Notes: generated by a model from the letters alone, not told the origin. 63,945 nucleotides of DNA, filler included, from Aduncisulcus paluster (GCA_024181965.1; 12 parts of 12 records of this genome joined end to end with filler, not necessarily neighbours in it), one strand, 5' to 3'; positions 42,626 through 55,945 are shown, numbered from the whole stretch's first letter. Numbers and translations: made by a program.

Positions 42626-43054
42626 TTCAACTCTGATGGAATGTCTTTCTCGTTGACATTTGACATGCGAATTGATGTTGCTCAGAGTGGTACCTATGAC
42701 ACATTGGCCGAGGAGATTGCCGTTGTTCGGTTCGATATTTCTGGCTCTGGGGAGATGACTGCCACTGATACCCCGTCTCTTGATGGTATTATTATTGCTG
42801 GTAATATTGCGTCCATTGATGTTACCAATCCTTCCATTGAGTTTTTGAAAGATGATCTTGACGTTTCTACATACTTCTTTGATGATTTTGCTTCTATCCT
42901 GAATCCTCTCCTCGAGTCTGTCATCATTCCCATCATTAACAAGACCCTTGAATCAGGCATGGAGATCCAATTGCCAGAGGGAATGACCGCGGATGGTGTG
43001 GCCATCTATTATTTCGAAGAGATGTGTTACATCACATGTGATATCCTCGAGTAG
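42626..43054 (+). CDS. BPI/LBP/CETP (TULIP) family C-terminal part, 5' truncated
   Basis: IIPIINKTLESGMEIQLPEGM…YYFEEMCYITCD resembles the BPI-family terminus. Confidence 0.6.
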   Translation, partial: FNSDGMSFSLTFDMRIDVAQSGTYDTLAEEIAVVRFDISGSGEMTATDTPSLDGIIIAGNIASIDVTNPSIEFLKDDLDVSTYFFDDFASILNPLLESVIIPIINKTLESGMEIQLPEGMTADGVAIYYFEEMCYITCDILE

Positions 43055-43291
43055 ATTTGTTTTTTAAAAATAATATTCGTGCGTGTTTGTATTTTTATAT
43101 TTGCAAAATAATTGTTTTCCAAGGTTTCGTTACTCCCTTTGTTTTGTTTGTTTTTGTATATTTTAAAGTTGTTTTTTTTAAGGTTCAATTTGATGGATAA
43201 TTTATCGTTTGTCTCTAAATGTTGGATTGATTGTTTCGTATTGTTCTTTTTGAGTTATGGATAATAACCAATTTATGTCATTTTATGACGA

Positions 43292-43636
43292 TCCCAGGAC
43301 TTCGGTCTGTGGGAGTACGCCCAACTGGGTGGGGTTCTTGACTCTCCTTCTGCTCGAAACAGGAGTGGCCCTATCCAGTATCAGCCCCATAATCAATCAT
43401 CTTCGGTTCGAGCCCTTAGAGGGAGATTTTATTGCTTCTTTGGTTATGGGGTTTGATCATTAATAAACTTGTCAGAGAAATCAACAATATCATATTGCTT
43501 TATGATAAAGCAACCAATAACTCCCGGATCGAGGAAAGCTGGCTTTTCATTTGCTTGTGGCTCAACATCATCACAGGTTGTCGCAGAAGAAAACTTTTCT
43601 TGTTTTTGAAAAAAAAAAAAAAAAAAAAAAAAAAAA
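43292..43636 (+). ncRNA. Highly structured non-coding element ending in A28 (ncRNA or SINE-like retroposon)
   Basis: Three consecutive hairpins with G-U pairs and a cUUCGg loop on the + strand, a terminal hairpin, then poly(A). Confidence 0.55.
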
Positions 43637-43751
43637 GAATAGGATTGTATCGTAGGTTTTGCCAACAATTACTTTGAAAAGTCATCGACAATTAGTATAA
43701 AATAATAATTTCATTCAATTATTCTCCTTATATTTCGCATTTTAACCTCTT

Positions 43752-45437
43752 TTGATGTCAATCGAAGACATCCTTGCGTCTCTTCATAGTTGTGATAGTG
43801 AAGATGAGTTAACGGCTTTATATTTCAATTCAAAGAAATTGTTTGCATCAATTTGTCGTGAAAATGATAATCCAGCAAGTATTCAGCGCAATAGAGAAAA
43901 CATTATGATATTGTATGAATGCCTTTCCCTTTTCGTGCATTTAGTTAATCCTATCTCAAGGAAATCTTCAAAAATTTTCCCTGATATTTTTTCCTTGTGT
44001 GTTCCTTCCATTATCCGATTCCAGAATGTGCTTGATGATCCAGCTGTGAATGAATATTTTATTTCTATCTGCGTAACATTTGCACGATATATGAAGGATG
44101 ATAAAAATGAATTGTTTGATAAAATTTCCCATTCTCTTCGAAATATATTAGATTTCATTCTTTCCCAAGAAACTTTGCTTCCTAATCTTAATCTCGTGCC
44201 TAATATTTTCTTAATTTTATTTTTTCTGTGCTCAAATGGCATTAAAGAAACCAAATTTGCCATATTTAGTCTCATTTCTCCATATTTAAGACGAATATCC
44301 ACAAATCTTGATTTTTATTCCTTCTATCAACCCTCTTCGCCCCATTGTGAGTTCAAGAGAAATTTCCCCCATTTAATGTTCGATATTCTCAATAATTTAA
44401 TGTGGCTTGATGAAACAAAGAGCATAAACCCAGAGATATGTGATGAGATGTGGATGATTTTTCGACCAAATTTAAGCAAAATACTTGCTTCTCTTACCAA
44501 CAAAGATGAGATTAAGAGTTGTACCGAGGCAATTCGTTTTGCTTGCCTATTAGCGAAAAGCAGAAGTACTTCAGAGCAGTGTTTAGAAGTTTATCGAAAC
44601 GTTTCTGCTTATATAGACAGCTGTAAATCTGTTTTCACAAAGGCCCCTGCTTACAGCATGACTGTTATGCGCTTGGTACTTTATTGGCAAGACCTTATCA
44701 TATTTTTCTCCTCAGTTCCATGTGTTCGACCCTTTATCTCGCCCAGATATGATGATACTCTTCTGTTCGCATCCAGAAACTCATTTTCCGTTTCGAAAGC
44801 TTCAATGTCGTTGTATATTATTAATACTTTGAAGTATCTTTCAAAACACAAACCTCTTCAAACTTATATTCGATATTCACTTCTTCGATCAGTTTCTCCA
44901 ATTCATCTCATTCCAACATTACATATCTGTACTTCAACTCTTCCGTCGTTGTTCAATGATGAGAAACCCTCTAGCGCCACCGATTCCGGTGTAGGTTCTA
45001 AAATTAAACATGACGATCCAATGACTACAGACTCTCACTCAAGTTCTCAAAGTCGTTTCAACTTCCATTTTTATGTTCATACAGTGACATGCATTGAGCC
45101 AACGGTCAATGATTTAGTTCCTCATCATCCGATTCACCACGTGACAAAACGTCTTCTTATTAATTCGATGAGTTGTCCAAGTGAATTGATATTCAGTGAG
45201 GTTGTTTCCCAGAAAGATATTCCTTCTCCTTTTCACTCAGATTCCGGTGCTTCTGTTGATGCTCATTCAACATGCATCAAATACTCTTCTCTTTTCCAAT
45301 ACACCGTTCCGCGTCACATGCTTGTTACAATCCCCCTTGGAAATGAAAGAGTTATGAGACAATCCGTGTATGACTTTATTGAACGGACAGGAGCTGCTGT
45401 TGAGATTTTATTTGATGATAATATTATTATTATATGA
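43752..45437 (+). CDS. Alpha-helical (ARM/HEAT-like) repeat family protein, one unit plus shared C-terminal domain
   Basis: Unit resembles those of 46700..51947 (SCDSE…LY, CLSLFVH, ISPRYD); tail SSLFQYTVPRHMLV vs SSLIQYTHPQHLLV. Confidence 0.7.
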   Translation: MMSIEDILASLHSCDSEDELTALYFNSKKLFASICRENDNPASIQRNRENIMILYECLSLFVHLVNPISRKSSKIFPDIFSLCVPSIIRFQNVLDDPAVNEYFISICVTFARYMKDDKNELFDKISHSLRNILDFILSQETLLPNLNLVPNIFLILFFLCSNGIKETKFAIFSLISPYLRRISTNLDFYSFYQPSSPHCEFKRNFPHLMFDILNNLMWLDETKSINPEICDEMWMIFRPNLSKILASLTNKDEIKSCTEAIRFACLLAKSRSTSEQCLEVYRNVSAYIDSCKSVFTKAPAYSMTVMRLVLYWQDLIIFFSSVPCVRPFISPRYDDTLLFASRNSFSVSKASMSLYIINTLKYLSKHKPLQTYIRYSLLRSVSPIHLIPTLHICTSTLPSLFNDEKPSSATDSGVGSKIKHDDPMTTDSHSSSQSRFNFHFYVHTVTCIEPTVNDLVPHHPIHHVTKRLLINSMSCPSELIFSEVVSQKDIPSPFHSDSGASVDAHSTCIKYSSLFQYTVPRHMLVTIPLGNERVMRQSVYDFIERTGAAVEILFDDNIIII

Positions 45438-45812
45438 TACACATTCATGAAATATCTCATTGAATGTATACATCAAAATTTGATGCATCAAATTAATACA
45501 GTCACTGAATATACAGTATATCAGTGTATGGCATACACAATCGAACAACCATTGAAGAGAACACTTTATTTTTTTTCCCAGGATTTGTGGTCTAAGACCG
45601 CTGGTCTTGTTATCGAGGAAAGGAAATGAAAAAGAAGAATAATGGAAGAACTAATGATACAAAATTAAAGTGTTGAAAAACGAGAAGAAGTTACAAAATT
45701 GCATTGTCAATCAATGATTAATCATAATTAATAACAGTAACAATGCAGCCAGCATCAAAATACACGACAACTCTGCCCCCAAAAATGAAACAGAATTGTT
45801 CAACCTATCAAA

Positions 45813-46598
45813 TTACAATAAATCGGGAAGGTTGTGCATATCGTCAACGAATCCACCAAACAGTCCAAGATTATAGTCATCCATCAAAGAGTCAGTGAGT
45901 CTCAAGTATGTCAACCTCTCAATGTTGTGCTTATCTGAGTGCTCGAGAATCATATTATAGTGGTATTGGTCGTAGAACTGGAGAGCATTCTCACCAGCAA
46001 AGGAAGTACCATTGTCATCACATTCGGTCATGATCTGCTCAGTGACAGCCTCAGGGTCACATTCAGCGTATGAAGGCTGGTCTTGGGTGTACAATTCCAT
46101 GCAGGTGAAGTCAAACACAGCACCGTAGCCTCTCAACATATCCTCAATGGGCTCATAGCCACTGTGATCAGCAACATTATAATATCCGGCAGTGAGCTCG
46201 GCGGCGTGGGATGGATCGTTGTACCACCAGTGGATTCCAGCAATCTTACTGGCAAGACCAAGCTCTGGGAAGTTAAGGAAAGCATATTGGGCCATTTGAA
46301 GAATATCGTCTCCGTGTTGGATCATAACATCGGCATACCAGGTCAAGAAAGCGATACCATAGGGGGTGTCAAAACCAGAAGTAAAGAATTCAGTGTCAGA
46401 CACGACAGAATTATAAGATCCCGCATCGGTGGGAGGCGTGTTCCACTCTGAGTGTCCTTGATCAGTGGCATAATCAGCCCAGGAGTCGAGCATGTACTTA
46501 TCCCAACATTGGAAGGCACCCACACCCGGGAATGACCACTTATCACTTGGATAAGAAGGGTATCTGAGTTCTCCGGCAGGTCCCATACCGACTTGGAT
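45813..46598 (-). CDS. Beta-amylase (GH14), 5' truncated
   Basis: GPAGELRYPSY, GAFQCWDK, KIAGIHWWY, HAAELTAGYYN, FTCME, GENAL. Confidence 0.95.
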   Translation of the reverse strand: MQVGMGPAGELRYPSYPSDKWSFPGVGAFQCWDKYMLDSWADYATDQGHSEWNTPPTDAGSYNSVVSDTEFFTSGFDTPYGIAFLTWYADVMIQHGDDILQMAQYAFLNFPELGLASKIAGIHWWYNDPSHAAELTAGYYNVADHSGYEPIEDMLRGYGAVFDFTCMELYTQDQPSYAECDPEAVTEQIMTECDDNGTSFAGENALQFYDQYHYNMILEHSDKHNIERLTYLRLTDSLMDDYNLGLFGGFVDDMHNLPDLL

Positions 46599-46699
46599 CN
46601 NNNNNNNNNNNNNNNNNNNNNNNNNNNNNNNNNNNNNNNNNNNTTAATTAATTAANNNNNNNNNNNNNNNNNNNNNNNNNNNNNNNNNNNNNNNNNNNN

Positions 46700-49600
46700 C
46701 TGTGAATGTCATCTTGACAAGGAGATGTTGTGGATGAGTGTATTGGATAAGGGAAGAGTGGACAGTTTGTGGAAGCTCAGGATTAGATGTATCACTTGTA
46801 ACCTTCTCCTTTTCATCTTTCTCTATTTCATCTGCAGCTTCACTAACAGTATCTTTCACTTTGAATTCATCAATTGTATAACACACACGACCGAAGTCAA
46901 GACATCTGCATTTGATCTCACTTCCAGTCAAAACATTGTAATATGATGGAATCTTACATTTCTCATGTGAAGCCTTTACCCTTCCCATCCCAGAACAAAC
47001 ATGTGTGGCGAATATATATCCATCGGAAGAGGGAGATTTTAGTGTCACAATGGGAGGAATGATGGATATTGATGGAATGGATTTGAGAAGGAAGGGTAAA
47101 TGGGAGGACGATATGACTGAAAACACATTTGAAAGGTATTGGGAAGAGGAAGATCCAGAATTGGCACGAAACGTAATAGAATCATCATATTTTGGAGATA
47201 TATGAGGAACAAGAGATGGAACAGCGGTGAGCATTGAAAAGAGTTTGGTCCAGCATTTGATTCCCATATGATCATCATATTTGATTCCTATTTTATGTAT
47301 CTTAAACCAACCATCAAGGAGATCCTTAATGTTTTCAAACAGTTCAATGGCATGGGAGGGATCACAACAAAAGTTAGAGAAGAGATGCATAACAGAAAAG
47401 TATTCATTATCAATTTCAACACATTCTTTTTTAACAAAATCAAGAATTTGGGGGGAAAATGACCAAGCTTCAGAACATATTGACGGATTCGGAGCATTAT
47501 CCTCTGGTGACCATGTGAGGTTTGATAATATGTTTATCCATTCTCCATAATACCTAAAACTTGACGGTTGTTGATAACAATGGACTGTTTTCCGATACAA
47601 TCTCAACCAATCTTTGATAAAAGGTTTAATGATCGTGAAAATTGATGATCGGATGGAAGTAGATTTGGAAATGGAGATATTTTTGAGGGTCAATATTAAA
47701 TTTGTTGGAATACTACCCTCCAACTTCTTCTTACTTCCTCTTTCAAGGATACATGGCAAAGTGGTTGAGATTTTATCGAGGAAGAGATTGGATGGATTTG
47801 TCACAATAGAAGTATAATCAGCACAAATTGCACAATACTCTTCTTCAACAGATTCCTGCAATACTTGGTTAACTCTTGATAAATGATCAAAGAAAATACT
47901 AATAAGATTATTTAATTCCGGAATAGGTAGATAGACATCATTCTGAGATATATTATGTCTAACAAACAATCTTAAACATTGGTAACAAAGAAGAAGCTCC
48001 TTTTTGTGTTTTTCATTTTCATTTGGGGATTGAGACGACAGAAAGACAAAAAGAATTGATTCTCGATTGTTGAGGTAGAGCAAAGAAGTAGATCCAGAAT
48101 TTGGGGATTTCTTGATGGAATTAATCAAATCATTCCATTTCTTAAGATATGGGTAACAATTATTTAAATATCTTGAATAATCTTCCCTCCAACCTCCATT
48201 ATCCTTACACCACTCCATATGGGTGTCATATTTAGGAGACAAGAGAGGAACAAGAGATGGAGAAGTGGAAAGCATGGAAATGAGTTTGGACCAGTTTTTG
48301 ATTTTCCTTTCATGTTTCTTCTTCTTCACAGCTTCATACCAACCATCGAGAAGATCCTTGATGTTGTCATATATTTCATGAACATGGGAGGGATCACAAC
48401 ATAGGTTTGAGAAGAAATCTAAAACCTTGTAATAACCCTTCTCAACAATCTTATCCCCAGAACACTCTCTCTTCACAACATCAAGAATAGGGTGGAAGAA
48501 TGGCCATGATTCAGAACAGATGCGTTTGTTTGGAGAATTGTCTTCTGATGACCAAGTAAGGTTTGCCAATATGACAACCCACCTTTCATAATACTTAATA
48601 TCTCCATATATTCTCATCCAATCCTTGGCATATGGTTTTATGAGGGTGAAGAGGGATGATCGAGTGGAGGAAGATTTGGAACGAGAGATATTTCTGAGGG
48701 CATTTAACAACCACTTTGGAACATTCCCTTTCAACTTTTCCTTGCTTCCTCTTTCAAGAATGCGGTGGAAAGTGGGAGATATCTTGGGGAGGAAGGAATT
48801 CCATTTATCTTGAACTTTGAAAGTATAACCAAGACAAATCCTACAATACTCTTTATCAACAGCTGCTTCCAATATACTCTCAACTCTTGATAGATGATCA
48901 ATGAAAGTGTCTATGAGATCATTCAGATCAGGAATAGGGAGATAGATATTAGTTCTAGGAATAAAATGTCTAACAAACAATGATAAACACTGAAAACACA
49001 GAACAAGCTCCTTTTTATGTTCTTTAATTGTACTTTCGGATTGGCATGAAAGGAAGACAGAGAGAATTGATCCTCGATGTTGGTGGTATAAATGAGAAGT
49101 GGATTCTGAATCAGAGCAGTCCATGATAGATTTGCTCAAGGTTTCCATAAATTTTTGATCATGATAACGCTTGCAATTTTCTCGATATCTCATGAGAGCA
49201 TTGTTCCCCTTTTCATTCTTTTTTCTACACCATTCCACGGCACTGTCATATTTAGGAGATATTTCAGGCACAAGAGAGGGAATAGAGGAGAGCACAGAAA
49301 CCAATTCTGACCAATATTTAATTCCATTTTTGTGTTTCTTCTTCTTGATAGCTTCAAACCAATCGGCAAGAAGATGTTCAATATTTTCATACACTTCAAT
49401 CGCATGTGAGCGATCAGAACATAAGTTTGAGAAAAATTTCAAAATAAAGCAATATTCCCTCTTTACAATATTATCCCCAATGAGTTCCTTCTTCATGAAA
49501 TCGAGAATAAAGTGGAAAATTGCCCATGTTTCAGAGCATATTGACATATTAGGGGCATTATCTTCCGGTGACCAGGAAATTTTTGACAAAATAATAATCC

Positions 49601-51947
49601 AGATATTATAATAGCCAACATCTCGATATATACCCATCCAATCTATGATATAGGGTTTAATGAGGGTAAAAATGGATGATTGCGTGGAAGACGATTTGGA
49701 ATTAGAGATATTGTTGAGAGTTAATAGTACATTCTTCGGAACAATACTGTTTCCTTCTGGAACACCAATGATTGCATTGTCTCCCAACTTTCCCTTGCTT
49801 CCTCTCTCAAGAATATGTTGGAAAGTTGGAAAGATCTTTGGAAGGAAGGAATCCCGCTTCTTTGGATATGAAAAGGTGAAACCAACACAAATATCACAAT
49901 ACTCTTCTTCAACCACTGACTCTAACACCTTATCAACTCTTGACATGTGACTTATGAAAGTGTCAACGAGATCATTAAGGGTAGGAGTATTGAGATAGAT
50001 CTTAATTCCAGAAATTGGATGTCTGACAAACCACTTTAAACATTGACAACACAAAATAATTTCTTTTGTGTGCTCAATAATCTCACCTCTGGACATTGAT
50101 GCACGGAAGACAGAGAGAATAGATTGACGATGTTTGTGATACAATTTTGAAGTTGAGGATGAATCTTGGCATTTTTTGATGGCATTGATCAAAATCTCAA
50201 ACTTGTTCAATTTCTTTTGTTCCAAATAAGACTTGCACATTTGAAAATACATTGAACAATCTGATTGACCTGCTGAATTATCTTTACACCACTCCATTTC
50301 ATCATATTTAAGAGACAAACTAGGCACAAGAGATATATCACTGGAGAGAATGGAAATGAGTTTGGACCAATATTTGATCCCCAGTTCATGTTTCTTCTTC
50401 TTAATCGCTTCAAACCAACCATCGAGAAGATACTTGATGTTGACAAATATTTCATGAACATGGGAGGGATCACAACATAGGTTTGAGAAGAAATGTAAAA
50501 CATAGGAATAGTTCCCCTCAACAATTTTATCCCCAGAACACTCTCTCTTCACAACATCAAGAATAGGGTGGAAGAATGGCCATGATTCAGAACAGATGCG
50601 TTTGTTTGGAGAATTGTCTTCTGATGACCAAGTAAGGTTTGCCAATATGATAAACCACTCTTCAAAAATCCAACTATCTCCATATATTCTCATCCAATCT
50701 TTGACATATGGTTTGATGAGGGTGAAGATGGATGATCGAGTGGAAGAAAATTTGGAATTGCTGATATTTCTGAGGGTACATAAGAGCCACAAAGAAACAT
50801 CTCCTCCCAATTTTTCCTTACTTCCTCTTTCAAGAATGTGTTGGAAAGTGGGAAGGATTGAAAGTAAGAAAGAATCCTTCCTATCCTGAACTTTAAGAGA
50901 ATAATTTACACAAATCCAACAATATTCTTCATCAACAGATGATTCTAGAACTTTCTCAACTCTTGATAGATGACCAATGAAAGTGTCAATGAGATCATTC
51001 AAATCAGTGATAGGGAGGTAGATCTCAGTACCAGAAATGAGGTGCCTAAAAAACCATCTTAAACATTGACAACACAGAACAATCTCCTTTTTATGTTCTT
51101 CTATTTCACTTCTGAATTGATATGCACGGAAGATAGAGAGAATAGATCCTCTTTGTTTATGATAGAGTCTTGATGTTGATTCTGAGTCTTGGCATTCCTT
51201 GATGGAATCAATCAATTCACACCAGTTCTTGAGGTGAGGATAACAATAATTAAAATATCGAGAATAATCTGAGCCCCAACCTCCGTTATCCTTACACCAT
51301 GCCATAGCAGCATCATATTTAGGAGAGATGTGAGGAACAAGAGATGGAACAGTGGATAGCATGGAAATAAATTCAGACCAATATTTGATTCCCCAATTAT
51401 GTTTGTCCTCTTCTTGCTCTTTGACCATTATAAACCAATTATCGATCATATACTTTGTGTTTTTAAATATTTCTACTGCAAAATCGGGAATACAGCACAG
51501 ATTGGAGAAGAACATGATACATCGAATTTTTGTGGCAGAATTGAATCCAAGACCTCTCGAAATGCTATCCTTCACTGCACCAACAATGGGAGGGAATACA
51601 AACCAAAGTTGTAAGCATCGACCTTTATGAGGGTTGGTATTAACATTATCAAGTGTGATGTTCTTCAGGATGTTTATCCAGTGGAAGAAGAAAGTCTCAC
51701 CTGGATATTTCCTCAACCAAGGCAGAATATGAGGAAGAAGGATCTCTAAGAGGGAATCCTTGGTGGAATCATCTTTTGTAAAAGCAAGAGATCGACAAGT
51801 TCCAAGAGCATCCTCAACGAAATCGGACTCAAATCTCTTGGAGAGACCGATCGATAATATTTTGGAGAGAATAGTGGATAGTCGGTGAAAGACTGAGATT
51901 CGAAGAGAAACAACTTCCTTGATACACACATTAATAATCCCAAACAA
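46700..51947 (-). CDS. Giant helical-repeat protein with ~340-350-aa tandem units, truncated at both ends
   Basis: Units begin near 51203, 50180, 49127 and 48116 (IKxCxDSxSTS…LY) plus a partial unit; ILERGSK and FFSNLCCDP recur. Confidence 0.85.
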
Positions 51948-52047
51948 NNNNNNNNNNNNNNNNNNNNNNNNNNNNNNNNNNNNNNNNNNNNTTAATTAAT
52001 TAANNNNNNNNNNNNNNNNNNNNNNNNNNNNNNNNNNNNNNNNNNNN

Positions 52048-52341
52048 TAAAGAATTCTGAGCATCAGTAAGGAGATTATTAGTACGACCCAAACGATGTA
52101 ATATCATTCTATCTGCTGTTAAATGATCAGCGGTTCGCTGTGCTGCATGAAAGAAATGATTATATCTCCAATTTCCCGGAATGCGGGAAAATATAACATC
52201 TTTCACACAATCACCAACATTAATTGTTATTCTAATATTCGAACGCTTGCCATCATCGCTTCCGACCACTGTAGTTCGTCGACTTGATTGTTGTTTCTTT
52301 AACCATATATTTAACGTAAAAGAATAAATTTGATCGGCCAT
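52048..52341 (-). CDS. Hypothetical protein N-terminus, 3' truncated
   Basis: ATG 52341 (MADQIYSF) open to the contig edge. Confidence 0.45.
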
Positions 52342-52780
52342 ATGATCATATAGATTCTCTAATATTAACAATTGGTATTTTTTATAATTAAAATTGTGAT
52401 CAAGTGGATAGATTTTTTATTATTTTCCATTTCGCCCAGGCGACAATATTAACCGAAACCGCTCAAACACATAATAATATACAATATCACCTAAACTGCA
52501 ATATAAAACACAATATTAATAATGTAAATTTCTTAAATATAACCAATAAATAATGTTTTACCCAGTGAAAGTTTTCTATATTTTAAATTCAACGGGATAG
52601 AGTAATTTTATTTTTCTCTACCATCTCATGGAAAATCTTTCTATTCTCCAAACAAAAAAAGAAGAAATTAATCAATTTTATTATCGAAATGCATTAAATA
52701 TCTATTTGATGTCTCTCAAAAACAGAAAGGCAAAATTGTGGTTCAAACTGGATTATAACCTTGAATTACGCCAATGTTCA

Positions 52781-53263
52781 TTATGGACAGGCTGCAGATT
52801 GTGTAACTGATAGAATCAATGACACCAATAAACCGAAAATGGCCAAAGCTTCACCAAACACAAGACATAACAACAAAGCTGTGAACAATCTTTCATTCTT
52901 AGCACAAGCACGACTTCCAGCCTCTCCTGCATTACCAATAGCGACACCAGCAGCAAAGGAAGAAACCCCAGTGCAGATACCAGCAGCAAGGTGGGCATAA
53001 GCATTCTTGTAAGCATAAACAGTATCATCAATCTTAATTACAATAATAATTGATGTAATTAAGCCAAAAATACCCAGAACACCAGCCAGAATTACTGGGA
53101 GTGACAGTTTAATAATTTGCTTTGGAGACATAAGACCTCCAGAAACAACACCTACTCCAGCCTTAGCAATACCATAAGCAGATCCCCAACAACTAAATAA
53201 CATAGCAAAAAAGACACCTGCATATCCCCAAAACCAACTTGCAACTTCACAATCCGGATCCAT
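52781..53263 (-). CDS. VMA3: V-ATPase 16-kDa proteolipid subunit c
   Basis: Four TM helices; GSAYGIAKAG, PVILAGVLGIFGL, FGEALAIFGL with the conserved Glu. Confidence 0.93.
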   Translation of the reverse strand: MDPDCEVASWFWGYAGVFFAMLFSCWGSAYGIAKAGVGVVSGGLMSPKQIIKLSLPVILAGVLGIFGLITSIIIVIKIDDTVYAYKNAYAHLAAGICTGVSSFAAGVAIGNAGEAGSRACAKNERLFTALLLCLVFGEALAIFGLLVSLILSVTQSAACP

Positions 53264-53625
53264 TATTCTTTCGATTAATCTTCTCTGAAAAAACTTGAAG
53301 TAATATGTTTATATAAGAGTGAAAAATTTGTTTTACCTTTTCTGAAAAGCAATTTATATGATTTATCCTTGTTTCTTTACAAGAATAAGTGTCTGCAGAA
53401 AAATGGATAAAAAAAGTAATGTCCGGTTGTCAAGTCATTTATTAATAACTCATTGCAAAATATCGAAAACAAAATTAAGTTGGAAATAAAATACAACATA
53501 ATACTTTCATTACTAACCGTTTTAAGGAAGTTTTCTCTATCATGCCATTCAATATGTTTTTACCGATTTATTGGGCAAACAATTTAATAAAAATATATTA
53601 TTCATCATTTTCTTAAGATAATTCT

Positions 53626-55636
53626 ATGAAAATACCTTTAGAAAAATCGTCCATCATAAATTTTGTATTTTGGCTAAAACACGAGCATATTTCGATGAGA
53701 TTATTATCTGAACATGTTTCAAAATATGGAGAAAAACTGACTTGTATTGAAAAGTATATTGATACTATCGATGATATTCCTGGGGCTCAACTTGTCACTA
53801 CTCTCTATCTTTCAAGTAATTTATTGACCAATCTAGATGGAATTGAACAATTCACGCATCTTAAAAAGTTATCCCTGGCCAATAATAATATTTCAAGAAT
53901 AGAAGACCTCTATGTTCTAGAAAATCTCTCAGAACTTGAATTATTAAACCTTACATTTAATCCTGTTTCAAAACATGAATTATATCGCCATTATATTATT
54001 TCTATATGTCCTAATCTCCGAGTTTTAGATAATAAGACGATTGATGATTCTGAGCGCGAAGAAGTTACCCAGTTTATCACTGAAGCATATATGAATACTG
54101 AAGAAGAACTCAAGAGGAGTGAAAGGATGAAAGAAGAAGAAGAAGATGAATTCGTTGATTCGAAAACGAAAGCACCAACCCCATCAATTACAAAGTCATC
54201 TGCGTTCCAACCATCTTCTTCATCTCACCGAGCTGTAGGAGTGAGTTTCGATTCGCCACTTGTCCATATGTCTCACTCTCAGTATGTTCCCTCAACGTAT
54301 GTCCCACATCCTGAACCTATGCCTTCAAAAGGAAGTGGAATAGAATCCATGGCTGTGAGCCATCAATCACATCCACATAGTCGCATTGAGATGAAATGGG
54401 TTGATTTGAAGAAAAGACGTCTTGCCCAAGATGATGATGTCAGTGGTTCTTCTTCTCCTAAGGATACCCAAGAGAGTTTGAGGCAATCTCATGTTTCATC
54501 AGTGAGAAAATCAACAGTTAGACCCGAACAATCAACAGTTAGACCCGAACAATCAACGAAGATAAACAAAAGTACAAGTGAAGATAAAAAGAGGAAATCA
54601 ATGTCTTTGCATGTCACGGAAGAGACTGCTATGAGTCGGAGAATGCCGGAAAAAGAAAGGGAACCTATTCAAACCGTTCAAAACCAAACTAACGATGACG
54701 AAGAGAATGCGTATTCGTATTATGATGATTCTTATGATGCCGACATTGCTCCCAATCAATTTGAATCTGACGTATTTATTGGGAAAAGTTCAATACATAC
54801 TGATGACGGTGAAGTTCAAAAAGAAGAAGAAGAAGAAGAAGAAGAAGAAGAAGAAGAAGAAGAAGGTGCTAGCAACGGATATGAGGATGTCGAGAGGAGT
54901 AGAGAAAAACGTTCGACAAGAACGAAGAAACCAACATCATTCACTCCCTTCCCTTCCCTTATTATGCCCCCTCCTCCATTCTCAACCTCTCCAAGGGATT
55001 CGATGGTCGCGAGTTCGATCCTTCCCTCGTCCTCTTTACCTTTATCCTCGTCTGCTCTTGATACTAGAATTAGACAACATTTGCGAACATTAGCCTTGTT
55101 AAAGAAGAAGATTGAGCAACAACGGTGTGCATTGACACCGATGAGTGTTGAAATTTGTTCCTCAAAAAGTGAATTTGATGAAATGTCCAAAAAATGCGAA
55201 GAATTTGCCAGTGTTGATTTCCATAACAAGCAAGACATGAAACAAGAAAAAAGCAAAGAAATTCATTTGCAAGCTGATCTTCACGATAGATTGGTGAAAA
55301 GCATAAAAAAGAGGAAAAAATTAGATAAAGGTGTAATCCAGGCTGAGAATGATCTAAAAATAGCGAAACGAGCTGAAAAAAGGCTTCAAAAGAGGTATAG
55401 ATTGATTGAAAACCTTAAGAAACAACATGATAGTGGAATGTTATATGGAATTGAAGAAGCAGAAGAGGAAGAGGAAGAGGAGGAAGAAGAAAGAGAAGAG
55501 AACCAAAAACAAACCCAACGCCAATCACTGGAAGAACGTCGGAGAATGCCGGAAGAAGAAGAAAGTGAGAGACTTGAGGATATTCTCCCTCCAAATTCCT
55601 CTTCATCTCTTAAATTGCGCACATTCAAAGAGAATG
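53626..55636 (+). CDS. N-terminal LRR + LRRcap protein with coiled coil, 3' truncated
   Basis: LYLSSNLL, LSLANNNI, LNLTFNPV…YRHYII…PNLRVLD; the start may be ATG 53695. Confidence 0.8.
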
Positions 55637-55738
55637 NNNNNNNNNNNNNNNNNNNNNNNNNNNNNNNNNNNNNNNNNNNNTTAATTAATTAANNNNNNNN
55701 NNNNNNNNNNNNNNNNNNNNNNNNNNNNNNNNNNNNGG

Positions 55739-55945
55739 ACTAAAAAACGAATTAAAAAGCATCGTTCATCTCACAGAAAGCGTGATAAAGAACACAACCC
55801 AAGAGATATAAAAATTTCTACTGTTTTTAGCAAGGAGATGGATATTCTTCGTGAATTGCAATTAAAGTTATCAAAAAGACGATCTTTACTAAAAAAGGGG
55901 AAAGGAAGATTTGATTCGTCATCAAAACTCAATGGATCAAAATAA
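55739..55945 (+). CDS. 3' end of a basic protein
   Basis: 68 sense codons open from the contig edge to TAA. Confidence 0.45.
   Translation, partial: TKKRIKKHRSSHRKRDKEHNPRDIKISTVFSKEMDILRELQLKLSKRRSLLKKGKGRFDSSSKLNGSK

Noticed and set aside
43331..43450. Canonical HDV-like ribozyme
   Set aside because: A 7-bp P1 is possible, but the P1.1 GG and the J4/2 catalytic C..A motif are absent.
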